Assembly: GCA_951406725.2 (NCBI GenBank)
Contig: OX597815.1
Coordinates: 80,662,001-80,726,000, forward strand
Direction: 5' to 3'
From: Octopus vulgaris
Taxonomy: Eukaryota
DNA length: 64,000 nucleotides
The translations under genes and the position numbers were made by a program. The notes beneath the pieces were generated by a model. That model was not told where the DNA came from and ran no database searches. It was given only the letters and a program-made list of their open reading frames with translations. Below, one piece after another: positions 38,456 to 51,260 of the stretch; positions within the stretch are counted from its first letter, which is position 1, and every line of letters starts with the position of its first letter.

Positions 38456-41227
38456 ATACACCAAACAATTACACTCTGTCATAGATACTTCATCTGCCGC
38501 CTCAAAACTTTTGTCTCAAAAATCTTCAACCCTTCGATTATTCTTTTTCTTGAATTTGAAGAGGGGAAATCTTGCCCGAAACGCAATAGAAGCATTAAAC
38601 AACCTATGTAAGGCACTACAATATTTTCTTTTTGTTTTCATTTATTGTTATAGCCTTACATGTTTTGTTTAACCTCTCACCTCTATTGCTCATTTAAAAA
38701 AAAAATATTTATATGATTTAAACATTGCAACGCTTCAAGCAAATGACACCACTCTCTATAAGTAATATGCATAATGTTAAGTTTAGTTTATGTGCTTAGT
38801 ATTAACCTTACCGATGTGTCGGTGTACACATCAGAAAATGCATTTTAGGAAGTAAAGACAAAAAAGGTAATGGAATGGTATACACGAGTCCTTCAGTACA
38901 TAAATAGTCGTAATTTTGCGTCAAATCCAGGATGTATCTTACCACAGTAGAGGATACAGAAAATTTGCCATTCCCAGAAGGGACATTTCTGTTAATTATC
39001 ACACTTAATTGCTGATTTTCATTTAGGTTGTGCTAAGTTCTCTAGTTGGGATTTTTGATGACCTGTATATTTTGGGTTTTGCTGAGTTTAGTTTAGACCC
39101 AATTTTCTTGCAATATGTCCTTATAAATGATGTAAAGTCAGTAACTATTAAAACTATAACCTATCAATGCTTCATGTCTCGGATACCTACTGTATTTGTT
39201 TTCACTTGGCTCGTAATAATTTTTTAGGAAAGTTATAATCTATGGAAGCGGGCCCACATTAGCTATTATCAACATTTAAGATATAGGAAGCAAGCCTTAA
39301 TCTCAGATATGTGACACTACAAAATACATTTAGTTCGCCGCTCTATTTTCTCCTTTTAACGCATGTCAATAAAAAATTGTTGAGTGCGCGGAGGGTATAT
39401 ATCCCATAATGCTGATCTAAGTAGAATCTAATAAGAATTTTGTCTAATTCTCTCCCTTCCATGAACATGAAAAATAATGTTGCTTTCGATATCTCATTAT
39501 CTCATGGTTACGTATTTGCAAGAACGGGTCCAATCAATTGAATATTAAGTCCCAGAATGTGCATGGTATTTATTTTATCGACCTCGGTAGATGGAAATAT
39601 AAATTTGAATTGAACAGAGGACTTATACAAACTTGCGCTCAACAAATTTAGCCTATTCTTGATGTTTTTAGATAGATATAAGTCAGCACATCGTGAAATG
39701 ACTATAGACTATAATATCGAATCCTGGTACTTGATAGATACATATTTCAGCGACTCCATGACGATATTTGAGAAAATAAATACCACTCACAATTCAATAG
39801 TAGACATGTATATGAACGTAATTAGATATAGTATATTCCTTATAGTATATAGTCAGGTTGACGCTCTTCTATTTTTGTCGTTCTCCACCCGAGCATATTC
39901 TTGTTTTCAAACACTGTCACGATGCATCATATTCTGGAGAAAAATATTTGACTATATGGAATATAATACTTGATTAGCGTGAAGGTGTGTTGCCTAATGG
40001 TTAAGGTGTGGAGATCATAATCGCCAGGTCATAGTTTTAATTCCGGATGGTACGGCGCATTGTGCCTTTGTGCATGTCACTTCATATATCAGCAACAGGT
40101 GAGGGGTTAACATTGCTATTCAGGCTAGCAATGTGTCTCGTAGGAAATCTTGCACTCTCAGTCACTGAACATTGCAAGTGACCGTCCTAAGATCGGTCCT
40201 AAGATGAGCCTAGACGCCAAACAGGCTTTCACTTTAATTTGACTTGCAATACTTATTTCATCGATTCTAGAAATAAAAAGGAGAAAATATAAATACAACA
40301 GGATTTGAACTCCAGCATAGAGGAGCCATAATTACATACCACAATGTAATTAGTCCAGTACTCTAACGATCCTATCAACTACTGTCTTACTCCCTCAGCC
40401 CATCATTTAAAAAATATCATAATTCATTCCTGGACAATGTTCTTTTGTAGTATGCTATCACAGGTGGTTGAGTTCTCAGATTTAATCTGTTCATTGTTAA
40501 TGTTGACTATTTACATTTGTTTTCAAGCAACTAGTAGCAACCTGTTCTTCACTTCTTTGTCATGTAATTGTTCATCTGTTCTCGTTGTTATTATATTGCG
40601 GTTATTGTTCTTGTTGTACGAGTTATCAATGATTTTGTTATTGTTGTTGTTGTTATTTTATAATGGTTTTTAGTTAATGTTTTTATTATTTTTATATCCT
40701 TCCTTCTCTCTTGTCTCTAAATACGCTTTCTCCCCCCTCTCTTTGTGGGTTAAATTTGACTTAATTCTAACAGGGTAAGCAACCACGTAGAAGCTACCAC
40801 GTTAGCTCGTTCTGTGTTCTGAATTATAATGTTGATGCTTCAATGCATTCATTGTTGCTTAAAAAGTATGGCAATCAAATAACAAGCATAAAATTGTGAT
40901 ATTGAAAAACGGAACATTTTGGAAAGTTTCCGCCACTTCCCGTACATATATATTTTAACTTGTTTGTTTCAATTTTGCTTTTACTAGTTGTTCTGTTCGA
41001 GCATACACATAATGAAAGGCGTTCGCCATAATCATTCCATATTTTTTTTATGATGCATCGAATTTCTAAGACTAAAGTACCCAATAAATATTTAAATACT
41101 TCTACGTTCTCATATCTCTGCAAAACTAGTTACACTCGCAAACACATTTACAAATAAACGCAAACAATTTAATAAATAAAATATTAAATGCCTTGCATCA
41201 TATGAAGGACATTACCTACTAATTGCA

Positions 41228-41631
41228 GGATCTTTTCGGTTTGAACGGCAGTTTTTAATATAATTTCTAGGTAATTAAAAAAATTTAAACTTCGTATACT
41301 GGCAGAATGTGTTTATAAAACATCTTTTTCTCTTGCCTTTATTGAGAAAATTCCATAGTTTGTAAGATATTTGGTTTTTTTCTTCAATTTCAACCAATCA
41401 GTGACGTCTATTGAGCTAAAAAGCATTATGTGCCGTATGAATATGTCCCTCGTTTAAGAAACAGATTGGGTTTATTTACATTTGTGAAGAAAAAAAGATA
41501 CCCTTCCCCCACCCCTAACCCTAACCCTAAATGAGATTGAAATGCAATAGATCGATTCTAGGGTCATAATTATGGGTGACAATTTCATATGACACCGCTA
41601 GAAAAAACTGCCGTTCAAACCGAAAAGATCC
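41228..41631. mobile_element. MITE with 29-bp perfect TIRs and internal (CCCTAA)n
   Basis: GGATCTTTTCGGTTTGAACGGCAGTTTTT and its exact inverse; ccctaa x3 at ~41513-41530; imperfect 8-bp flanks taattgca/aaattgta. Confidence 0.88.
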
Positions 41632-43631
41632 AAATTGTATACTATAACCGAAACTCAAAATCAGACGACAGGCTCGGCTGTTGGGGACTTTAATAATTAT
41701 TGTTTTTTAAATTAATACAAGACTACGAACCTCGATGAAGTACAACATGCTTTTATATTGGTTCTTGTACTTGATTAAGGAATTGGGTAGGTAAGAGTCA
41801 ACTTTGTTGGAATTTGAACTCAGAATATAGAGGAACCTTATCAAAACTACCATGAATGTACTGCAATACTTCATCGTTTTGACATCGTCTGATTTTTACC
41901 ATGATTTCTAATTTTGGCTTAAGTCTGCACCTTGAGATATGGTTTGACCATTTTAAACGGCTAAATCTTTTTAAAAAATTAAAATTTACAAAAAGCAACA
42001 AGAATTTTAGATTACATAGTATATGTATGTGTAGATGCGTGTGATTTTATCTGTAATGAAAATTTTAACTTCGTTCTCTCATTATTTGACCAACCAAAAC
42101 ATTCCTTCAAACGTTTTTATTATTTTTTTTTCCATGGGCCTGTTGGCGTATGCTAACATCTGTGGCATTTTAATTAACAAAATATTAGACTGATATTGTT
42201 TTAATTTTATATAGTTTTATTATTATCATCCTCAAAATTATGTTTATTACTTCTATTGCTTTGTGCACAATGTTGAGGATGTTAGCTTGTCTATATATGT
42301 ATATATTTGTGAGTGAGTGTATGAATGTATGCATTTGTTTGGTGTGCATATATATATCGCTCCACTTGTTATGTATATAAATGTGTGTGCGTGTGTGTAT
42401 GTATGGCTATATATAATAGTCAAGTATCAAATACCTGTATGATGTTTAATTTAAAATTTCCACTTTGAAGCCTACGCTTGCATTAACATTTTCGTCGGCA
42501 GAATCATTAGAGAAACGGACAGAATAACTTGCGTTATTTATTTACGGCTCCTTATGCTTTGAGTTCGAATTTCACTGAAGGCAGCTTCGTCGTCTATCCT
42601 TCTGGAATCGATGAAGGCAAATGCCAGTCAACAACTACATTGCATTAGTTGACTAACACCTGCTCACAAAAAAATTACAGGCCTTGAATATACCTGAGCT
42701 GCTTTATACAAGAAAATGCTCTCAACAAAGCGAGACTACAGGTTCGAATCGGTTATTTAATGCCTAAAAGCATCAAACTTTCAATCATCTTTTATCTCTT
42801 CAAAGAAAACATCAGGATTGGTGGCTATATAGGAAATATTTAATGGAACATCGGGAACGGTTGAGTGTCAGATTAGAGCTTGCAGTATTTAGTTGTACTC
42901 TGAACACAAATATTTTAAGTTCAGATCTCACTAGGATGTTGATTGCATTTCATTTCTCTAGATCTAAATAATGTACTGGACTAGATTTAATCGTTTATGC
43001 CAAATCTTGTACATTTGTAGCTTTGTTTTTATATAAAGAATTATTATCGCTGTTGTAGTTGCCACTGCTGATACTATTGTTATTCCTCATTCATTTACAG
43101 TTGCCGATATGTGTTTTTGTCCCAACCTTCACAAGAGAAATTGGTGCATAGTTAACGAATGTCTCAACAGAAACTTATCTACTGAATGTACACGCCTAAC
43201 TACAAAATAAGATATTACAGAACACCTCAAACCGATATATGATGGAAGATAGGTTTTGTTTGAAGAGTTCTATTATAAAACAGGAATTGTTTTATATTTG
43301 AGTCATTATTAAATTTCAGTTCATTAAAGTTTTATGTTCGAGTCATTGCGAAGTTCATTCCATTTTTAAGGATTAGTAAATACAATTTGTAAGGATTTAC
43401 TAATATTTCCTTTTTTTTTTTTTTGCCTAACTTTCCAAACGTGTTATATTCGAACATATCCATTAAATTAAAGCTGATGGGACAACAGTAAGTGTGGAAA
43501 TAGATTTAATACAGTTGCTAAACGCATGCTCTTTAATCACATTGGCCTCCTCTCTCTCCCTTATTACAAAACCATCAGCATTAAAACAACTACGAATGTT
43601 CCCACAACCGCAACCACACTCATAATCACTT

Positions 43632-43870
43632 TATTAATTTCTTTATTACCCACAAGGGGCTAAACACAGAGAGGACAAACAAGGACAGACAAACGGATTA
43701 AGTCGATTACATCGACCCCAGTGCGTAACTGGTACTTATTTAATCGACCCCGAAAGGATGAAAGGCAAAGTCGACCTCGGCGGAATTTGAACTCAAAACG
43801 TAACGGCAGACGAAATACGACTACGCATTTCGCCCGGCGTGCTAACGTTTCTACCAGCTCGCCGCCTTAA
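43632..43870 (-). mobile_element. SINE family C (Nin/Deu-domain-like), well preserved
   Basis: Minus strand gagttcaaattcc (B box) gccgaggtcgactttgcctttcatcctttcggggtcgattaaataagtacc; degenerate copies ~36900, ~39550, ~42495, ~42860. Confidence 0.8.
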
Positions 43871-44636
43871 CTCATAATCACTACACCTTTCAACATCATA
43901 TACTAACATGCATGCACATAGGTATACACACACACATACATGCACAAACACAAGCACACGTACACACATATGCACGGACAAAGACTTACACACGCAAACA
44001 TACATAGAGTTACTGAGACCACCACTAATGCTACTACTATCACAACTACGAACTACAGTAAAACAACCACCACCATTATCATAGCAGCAACCACTACATA
44101 ACCACACCCATCTGTAATGTAAATTCTCACGAATGCTAACACTTTTACTAAAGCTATTACTACCAATACAAAACTGTAACCACCCCCACGATCACCAAAG
44201 CCACAGCGGTCACAGTTTGACTTGCATCATTCCAACCAAGCTACCGTTCCAAACAATATTCTCAACACCGTCCACAAACTATGCGCTCTCAAGTTAGCTT
44301 CTATCTTCTATCCTCAATAAACTTTTCAAGGCGTAGGAGTGGCTGTATGGTAAGTAGCATGCTTACGAACCACATGGTTCCGGGTTCAGTCTCACTGCGT
44401 GGCATCTTGGACAAGTGTCTTCTACTATAGCCTTGGGCCGACCAAAGCCTTGTGAGTGGATTTGGGAGACGGAAACTGAAAGAAGCCCGTCGTATATATA
44501 TATATATATATATGCAACAATATTAAGGAATGGCCTTGATAGGCCATTCGACCCACTAGAAACAGCAGCTAAACTCAAACCGCTAAATAGTTGTAATTCA
44601 GAAACCAAAGGAAAATAAAAACATTTGCCCTTATCA

Positions 44637-44734
44637 TCTTTGGACTATGCATAGTTTCGACATACATATTGGCAAACCGATTTAATTAAATTAAATTAAA
44701 TCTATTTGTCACTGGCCTGTCTCGTCAGCAAAGA
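44637..44734 (-). ncRNA. type I hammerhead ribozyme, canonical core
   Basis: Minus strand: ucuuug CUGACGA gaca..uguc GAAA cuaugcauag UC caaaga. Confidence 0.88.
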
Positions 44735-45337
44735 AGCCAGGGAAATAGATATCCACTGTGCGACAGCATCGACGCCTTGAGAATATATATTCTAAATTTT
44801 CAAAATCCACCGTCACCGCGCCAAATTATCAGCAGCAAATATAAACTGCTGATTTAATTTCAGAATTAGCCAAAAAATCAGACCAGTGGCAAATAGATTT
44901 AATTTAATTTAATTAAATCGGTTTGCCAATATGTATGTCGAAACTATGCATAGTCCAAATATGATAAGGGTAAATGTTTTTATTTTCCTTTGGTTTCTGA
45001 ATTACAACTATTTAGCGGTTTGAGTTTAGCTGCTCTTTCTAGTGGGTCGAATGGCCTATCAAGGCCATTCCTTAATATTGTTGAATGTATATTATATAGT
45101 CTGTTGACTATTTTTTTCTTTCTCACTGGACCGCTGGTGACGAAAAATTTCTCTTGAATTTTTTGCTACCCTGATATTGATTAATTAATGATTTTTTTGG
45201 CTAATTCTGAAATTAAATCAGCAGTTTATATTTGCTGCTGATAAGTTGGCGCGGTGACGGTAGACTTTGAAAATTTAGAATATATATTCTCAAGGCGTCG
45301 ATGCTGTAGCCTCGTTGATATATATTTCCCTGGCTTC

Positions 45338-45431
45338 TTTGCTGACGAGACAGGCCAGTGGCAAATAGATTTAATTTAATTTAATTAAATCGGTTTGCCA
45401 ATATGTATGTCGAAACTATGCATAGTCCAAA
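45338..45431 (+). ncRNA. type I hammerhead ribozyme, canonical core
   Basis: tttg CTGACGA gaca [ggcaaa..gatttaatt..aattaaatc..tttgcc hairpin] tgtc GAAA ctatgcatag TC caaa. Confidence 0.88.
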
Positions 45432-45648
45432 TATGATAAGGGTAAATGTTTTTATTTTCCTTTGGTTTCTGAATTACAACTATTTAGCGGTTTGAGTTTG
45501 GCTGCTGTTTCTAGTGGGTCGAATGGCCTATCAAGGCCATTCCTTAATATTGTTGAATGTATATTATATAGTCTGTTGACTATTTTTTCTTTCTCACTGG
45601 ACCGCTGGTGGCGAAAAATTTCTCTTGAATTTTTTGCTACCCTGATAT

Positions 45649-45700
<52 letters not shown>

Positions 45701-46445
45701 CGTGTGTGTATATGTTTGTGTGTCTGTGTTTGTCCCCCCCCAACATCGTTTGACAACCGATGCTCGTGTCTTTACGTCCTCGTAACTTAGCGAATCGACA
45801 AAAGAGGCCGATAGGATAAGTACTAGGCTTACAAAGAATAAGTCCTGGGTTCGACTTGCTTCGACTAAAGGCGGTGCTCCAGCATGGCTACAGTTAAATG
45901 ACTTAAATACGTAAAAGAGTATTGCACTGCTGTTTCCAGCAAGCATTTTCTTTTCAATCTGCCAACGAACTACCTATCGCTTCCACTTTCAGTAGATTAT
46001 TTCTTTCTTGGAAATACTTTCGGCGTCTACATTTTACTAAGAGATAAAACCATTAAAAAAAAAAAAAACAGAAAAGAAAAGCAGCAACCGCATCGACTTC
46101 TCCAGCATGTGAGGGGTTTGCCAAAGGTCGTATAATGTTTTACTTCTCAATAAAAATGACAAACAAAACTGAAGTCAATGAATGTTTGCACATATCAAGA
46201 TACGTTAAATTTTACGGTAACGATGTTATTAAATTTAAACAGTAATTCGTGGGTAATTTAATTAAATTATTTGGTGACATTACTTTTAGTGAAAACATTT
46301 CTTTTAATTCCGTTCTCATGCCTGTGGTGGAGTATGTATGATAGATCGTATAGGATGACTAAGAGAGGAAAACAGCAAAGTTTATATATAGCTTGACAGA
46401 GTGATTCGCCATCAGGTGGACGCACAAAAATCTCGACACTGGCAC

Positions 46446-46489
<44 letters not shown>

Positions 46490-46609
46490 AGTGTGTGCGT
46501 GTGTGTGTGTATGTGTGTGTGTGTGCGCGCGCACGTGTGTGTATAGCGTATGTATATATATATACATATATATAGTATATATAAAATATATATATGTATA
46601 TAAGTATGT

Positions 46610-46658
<49 letters not shown>

Positions 46659-46659
<1 letters not shown>

Positions 46660-47888
46660 TAGCAAACGTACCCGTCCTCTGGATGGTTTAAGTTGCTTTC
46701 GTGGTATTATTTTCACCAAATAATTGAACTACCGAGAAGGTTTATGTGTAGCATGGCAATCTGATTAACCTAGGAACGGAAAATCAAATTAAAGGCTAGG
46801 TAATTGTGGAGGTCATTGCACTTTGATTATCATAGAACATATAAGTTTGCGAGCGATGTAAAGTGGAGCTACTGGAGTGTTTTGGGAGTAGATTACGGAT
46901 AATGACTACAAAATATAGTTGTTTTACATGAAATCGAAATTTATTGTCAGAAACAACCTCATAAATGGTGTAAGGAAATTGAAGGAAGATGTTGAAACTT
47001 CCCCTCTGCGAGTTTATTTTTTCAACAGCAAAGGGAGCTATTTTTTCGGAGAGAAAAGCTAAAAAAAAGCCCCTTTATTCTATCTTCCCACATAGCGTGC
47101 ACATAAACTAACAGCGAATGCTGCATTAAGTTAAATTGGTATGGAGCTTCCTGAAAGATACATATAGCTTTCGCTAGTGGAAGCAAAACTCTTATTTAAA
47201 GGTTGATTCTTTGGGACGAATCATATGTGAGTGTTTAAAAAAGGCTAGAATGACAATGCTAAAACCTATTTGAAACAATGGACAGCAGTCGAAATATCAT
47301 AATGGCTGGGTAAAGGAGCATCCTTAAAGCGAAACAACGGTATCAAAGGTATCAACAATCAGAAGAGAGGGAAAGGAACATCACCTTTCAAGTAACTCAG
47401 AACAGGTAAAGGTAAGCTTGCCAAAGTTTAATGCAGTTTCAATATGTAGATTAAGATAGTTTGGTATTGGATATTTATCACGTATAGTTTTCCTAGTCAG
47501 CTGAATCACTGTCGTAAGTGGACAGCAGAAATAAATAGATGAAATCCTTTCACTTTTATAAAAAGATTAAAAAGAAAATGAGGGCAAAAAGCAGTCGTTT
47601 TTTCACAATGAAAAATCGTTTCCTAGTAGCCGGAATTTCGCGACAAAATGTATGTTTATTAAGCACAACAGCCTGCAATGCATGCCGTTGGGCATTAAAA
47701 GCCAATCGCACAAAACTAGAGGGACTCTGGGCCCCTTTGAATCGATAAAAAAATCACTCTTTTTGCCATAACAACCACGCATTTAGTATCCCTACCAATT
47801 TTCAGTTCGATCCTAGCCTCGGTTTGGCCGCCATTAACCGTCAAAGCAAAATGTGCATACAATATTCGTCCAAGGACTGTTTTATAGA
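46659..47888 (-). mobile_element. non-autonomous Helitron
   Basis: Minus strand starts A|TC at 47888 and ends with an imperfect hairpin (accatcc aga ggacggg) ~10 nt before CTAG|T at 46659; no TSD or TIR. Confidence 0.7.
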
Positions 47889-47911
47889 TATGTATGTATG
47901 TATGTACAAAA

Positions 47912-47958
47912 CTAGCAGAGATATGCGGCGTTGCTCGGGATTAAAAATGGCAGGTTTT
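47912..47958 (-). mobile_element. Helitron 3' terminus fragment
   Basis: Minus strand cccgagcaacgccgcatatctctgCTAG|T. Confidence 0.6.
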
Positions 47959-47959
47959 T

Positions 47960-48980
47960 TTATTGTTTTACATGTTTTATTGTTTTACATATTACGTGTT
48001 CAACGTTTTTGGATGTCCTGTACCCATATATGCATGTATATATACATATAGATGTAGGTATATACATACATGTATGTATATATGCATATATTTATATATT
48101 ATTTATATTATTAAATGATCGAATGCCACGCATCCTTTTCCAAGTAAGTTTTATCTTTATAATTATGATGCGCACTCTTCTTCTTTACTATTTCTCTTCT
48201 GTCTATCTCTCTCCCTCTCTTGTTCTTCATCCTTTCTGGTTTTTTCTCTTACCCTTCCCTATTCTTCTCCTTTCCCCTTCACCGTTGCCTCTCGCATACT
48301 CCTCCTCCTCCTCCTCCTCCTCCTCCTCCTCCGCGACTCTCTCGTCACTGACACGTGATCAGAGGGAAGCCATGTTTCCCACTGCTATTTTGACCCAGAT
48401 CAGACTGCTTATCCTGTCTCTCTCATAAGCCGTCTCCTCAAGCGTTCAGAATAATTTTTCCATCGTCTTGGCTTAACAGCCCTCATCGTTTGTTGTTACT
48501 TTGCTATTCTCTTTATTCTGTCTTTTACTGTTTTCACTTTTATTGTTTTTACTGTCTTGCTTTGTTCTTACTGTCCTGTTCTTGTTACCACTTTTACCCC
48601 TCCGCAAAAAATCCCAAATTTTATTTAATTTGCTTTGCGGGAAGGATTGTGTCATCGAAGATGCGTCTTGTCCTTACCTTCGAAAAGCGGAGTAGACGAA
48701 ACAGAAACAACTGAAGAAGGAGAACATTTCTAGTGTTGGATGTCTTGTACTCTGTTATTTCGTTGTTTGAATAAAAAAAAGTTTGTTTCCATGTTTTTAT
48801 TTTTGTTTTCGTTTCTCATTGTGTTCAACGTTTTTTTAAGTCCTGTACCCATATATGCATGTATATATACATATAGTTGTAGGTATGTACATATATGCAT
48901 GTATATATACATATATTTATATATTATTTATATTATTATATGATCGAACGCCACGCATCCTTTTCCAAGTAAGTTTTATA
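47960..48980 (+). mobile_element. repeat family F, partial tandem
   Basis: 47960-48155 is repeated at ~48790-48978, both ending gccacgcatccttttccaagtaagtttta; partial-tandem layout typical of PLE ends. Confidence 0.7.
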
Positions 48981-49025
48981 TATATATATACATACATATA
49001 TATGCACATATATACATGCATACAA

Positions 49026-49076
<51 letters not shown>

Positions 49077-49140
49077 CATATATACATATATACATACATA
49101 TACGTACATATATATGTACATATATATGTACATATATATG

Positions 49141-49199
<59 letters not shown>

Positions 49200-49200
49200 G

Positions 49201-49640
49201 AATATGTGTGGCAATTATTCGGTAGCCAAGATAAAACTCTGAGATGCGAGTGAAGGTCTGTACGTTTTTCTAGTGAGATTGGATGAATGTATGCGTATGT
49301 ACGTAGGTGTGCGGGCGCACATGTATACGCATAAGCAGGCACGCTTACGCGTATACTATGAACTTTTTACCCTCTTACCTTAATTAGCGGTCATTCGAAT
49401 AGCTCTTTTGTCTAAATAGCGTCAATAACACAGTAATTTCCCTTTGTATAACGATCATTTTTCATAGCGTTTTTCCGATGGCCGGATAACTGAAGTGGTG
49501 TGGATTTCCACCTCGGCATCCGAAACTCAGAGTTTTATCTTGGCTACCGAATAATTGTCACATATTATATTTACAGATAAATTCCTCTATTTACATAATA
49601 TTGAGGTATCTTTCTTTCTTTTATTATCTTACCATTTTTA

Positions 49641-49645
<5 letters not shown>
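49201..49645 (+). mobile_element. PLE-type terminal insert with inverted 5' duplication
   Basis: 49201-49243 is the reverse complement of 49525-49566; same family recurs at 63946-64000; (TA)n flanks. Confidence 0.75.
49481..49544 (+). ncRNA. type I hammerhead motif, A9U variant
   Basis: gccggataa CTGAAGT ggtg..catcc GAAA ctcagag TT ttatct tggc. Confidence 0.65.
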
Positions 49646-49678
<33 letters not shown>

Positions 49679-49844
49679 TAAATATATATAAATACATAAA
49701 TATATATGTATTTGGAACTGCTGGGAACTGCTCGAATACTCTGGATAGTGCTCGGAAAATAAGGGCTGTTACCTTAGTTCTCTGGTATTGAACACCTGGC
49801 ACCGTAGTACATCTCCATCGTTAGAAGCTGTGCAAAGACAATAG

Positions 49845-49846
<2 letters not shown>

Positions 49847-49927
<81 letters not shown>

Positions 49928-50024
49928 TGAGTGTTAAGTATCGTGGAAAGAGACCTTGTGAGACCTTTGACAAATGACTGCCCATTCTTATAGAAATAAC
50001 CGGAGCAATTAAAATCGAGAGAAA

Positions 50025-50058
<34 letters not shown>

Positions 50059-50143
50059 GGTGGTGGTGGTGGTGGTGGTGATGCTGCTGCTGCTGCTGCG
50101 GATGATGATGATGAGGATGATGATGACGATGATGATGATGATG

Positions 50144-50176
<33 letters not shown>
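49847..50176. repeat. (AAT)n and compound (GAT)n(GGT)n(GCT)n trinucleotide tracts
   Basis: Direct reading. Confidence 0.95.
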
Positions 50177-50568
50177 CAGAACACAAATGAAGATTATTTT
50201 AAGAAATTCTTAAAATTGATTTATACGAAGATATAAATATATTGAATACAGTTAGATTAAATTAATATTTAACCAAATATAATGTAATACATCAAAACCG
50301 ATAGTTAGAATCTTTGATGATATTTTAGTGGAATAAGGAGGAGAAAAATATGTAACAGCTGCCATTCATTGGATAACTTTTAGCGAGAAAATATTTTTAT
50401 TTCCTAAGGAATACCAGCTAATCAAATACCGGAGCAATTAACCAAATTGTTTTTACGCTATGGTTGTAATTGTGGTTGTGGTGATGGTGGTGGCTGTGGT
50501 TGTGGTGTTTGTGGTGGCGTTCCTGGTGAGGTTTTATAATGATGATTGTGATGGTGTTAGTGTTGGGG

Positions 50569-50890
50569 AAGGCGTATTGCTCAGTGGTTAGAGCGTCGGG
50601 CTCACAATCATGAGGTTGTGAGTTCCATTACTGGACCGAGCAGTACATTGTGTTCTTGGACAAGTCACTTTATTTCACGTTGCCCCAGTTCTTTCAGTTA
50701 TAGAAATGAGTTGCAGCGTCACTGGTGCCAAACTGTATCTGTCTTCGCCTTTCCCTTGCATAACATCAATGGCATGAAGAAGGGAAGCCAGTATTTGTGG
50801 GCGACTGCTGGTCTTCCATAAACAACTTTACCTAGACTTGTACCTCGAAAGGGTAACTTTCTAGCTGCAATTCCATAGTCATTGGTTCGA
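50569..50890 (+). mobile_element. SINE family B
   Basis: ggcgtattgctcagtggttagagcg head; homologous to the 38123 copy. Confidence 0.85.
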
Positions 50891-51061
50891 TCAAATTTAT
50901 ATTAATTAAAAGGGTAAAGACACCCCTTCTGTCATGAATGACCATGGGATTGGACCTAGAATGTTCCCCGCAGGCGAACTTATGGTATTGGTTAGAGTAT
51001 TCATGGTGATGAGGATAGCTACGTTTGCGGTGGCTTTGATAATAGTGGTGTGATAGTAATA

Positions 51062-51260
51062 ATCCTTTCTGCTACAGGTACAATGCCTGAAATTTTGGAG
51101 GAGGAGTTAAGTCGATTACATAGACCCCAATATTCGGCTGGTACTTATTTTATCGACACCTTTAGAATGAAGGGTAAAGTCGACTTCGGCGAAATTCGAG
51201 CTAAGCATGTAAAGACGAGCATTTTGCCAGGCCAACGATTTTGTCAGCTTGCCGCCTTAA
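51062..51260 (-). mobile_element. SINE family C
   Basis: Homologous to the 43632 and 21545 copies. Confidence 0.7.

Larger units (their letters stand above)
44516..45650. mobile_element. non-coding HHR-bearing 472-bp unit in inverted + partial-tandem arrangement (retrozyme/pseudo-LTR-like)
   Basis: Minus copy 44516-44880, 5'-truncated plus copy 44883-45180, full plus copy ~45181-45650; GAAA motifs at 44940 and 45412 are 472 nt apart. Confidence 0.85.
44329..45918 (+). mobile_element. SINE family A split by an insertion in its internal (TA)n
   Basis: Head 44329-44492, tail ~45710-45918, 1.1-kb insert between. Confidence 0.85.

Noticed and set aside
38808-39973. Short ORFs in unique sequence
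   Set aside because: No recognisable domains or consistent exon chain
48645-48725. Possible HHR in family F (TCGAAGA..GAAA..CTGAAGA; also ~25300, ~27000, ~18800)
   Set aside because: Core-like words recur but stems II and III could not be paired consistently across copies; needs covariance analysis
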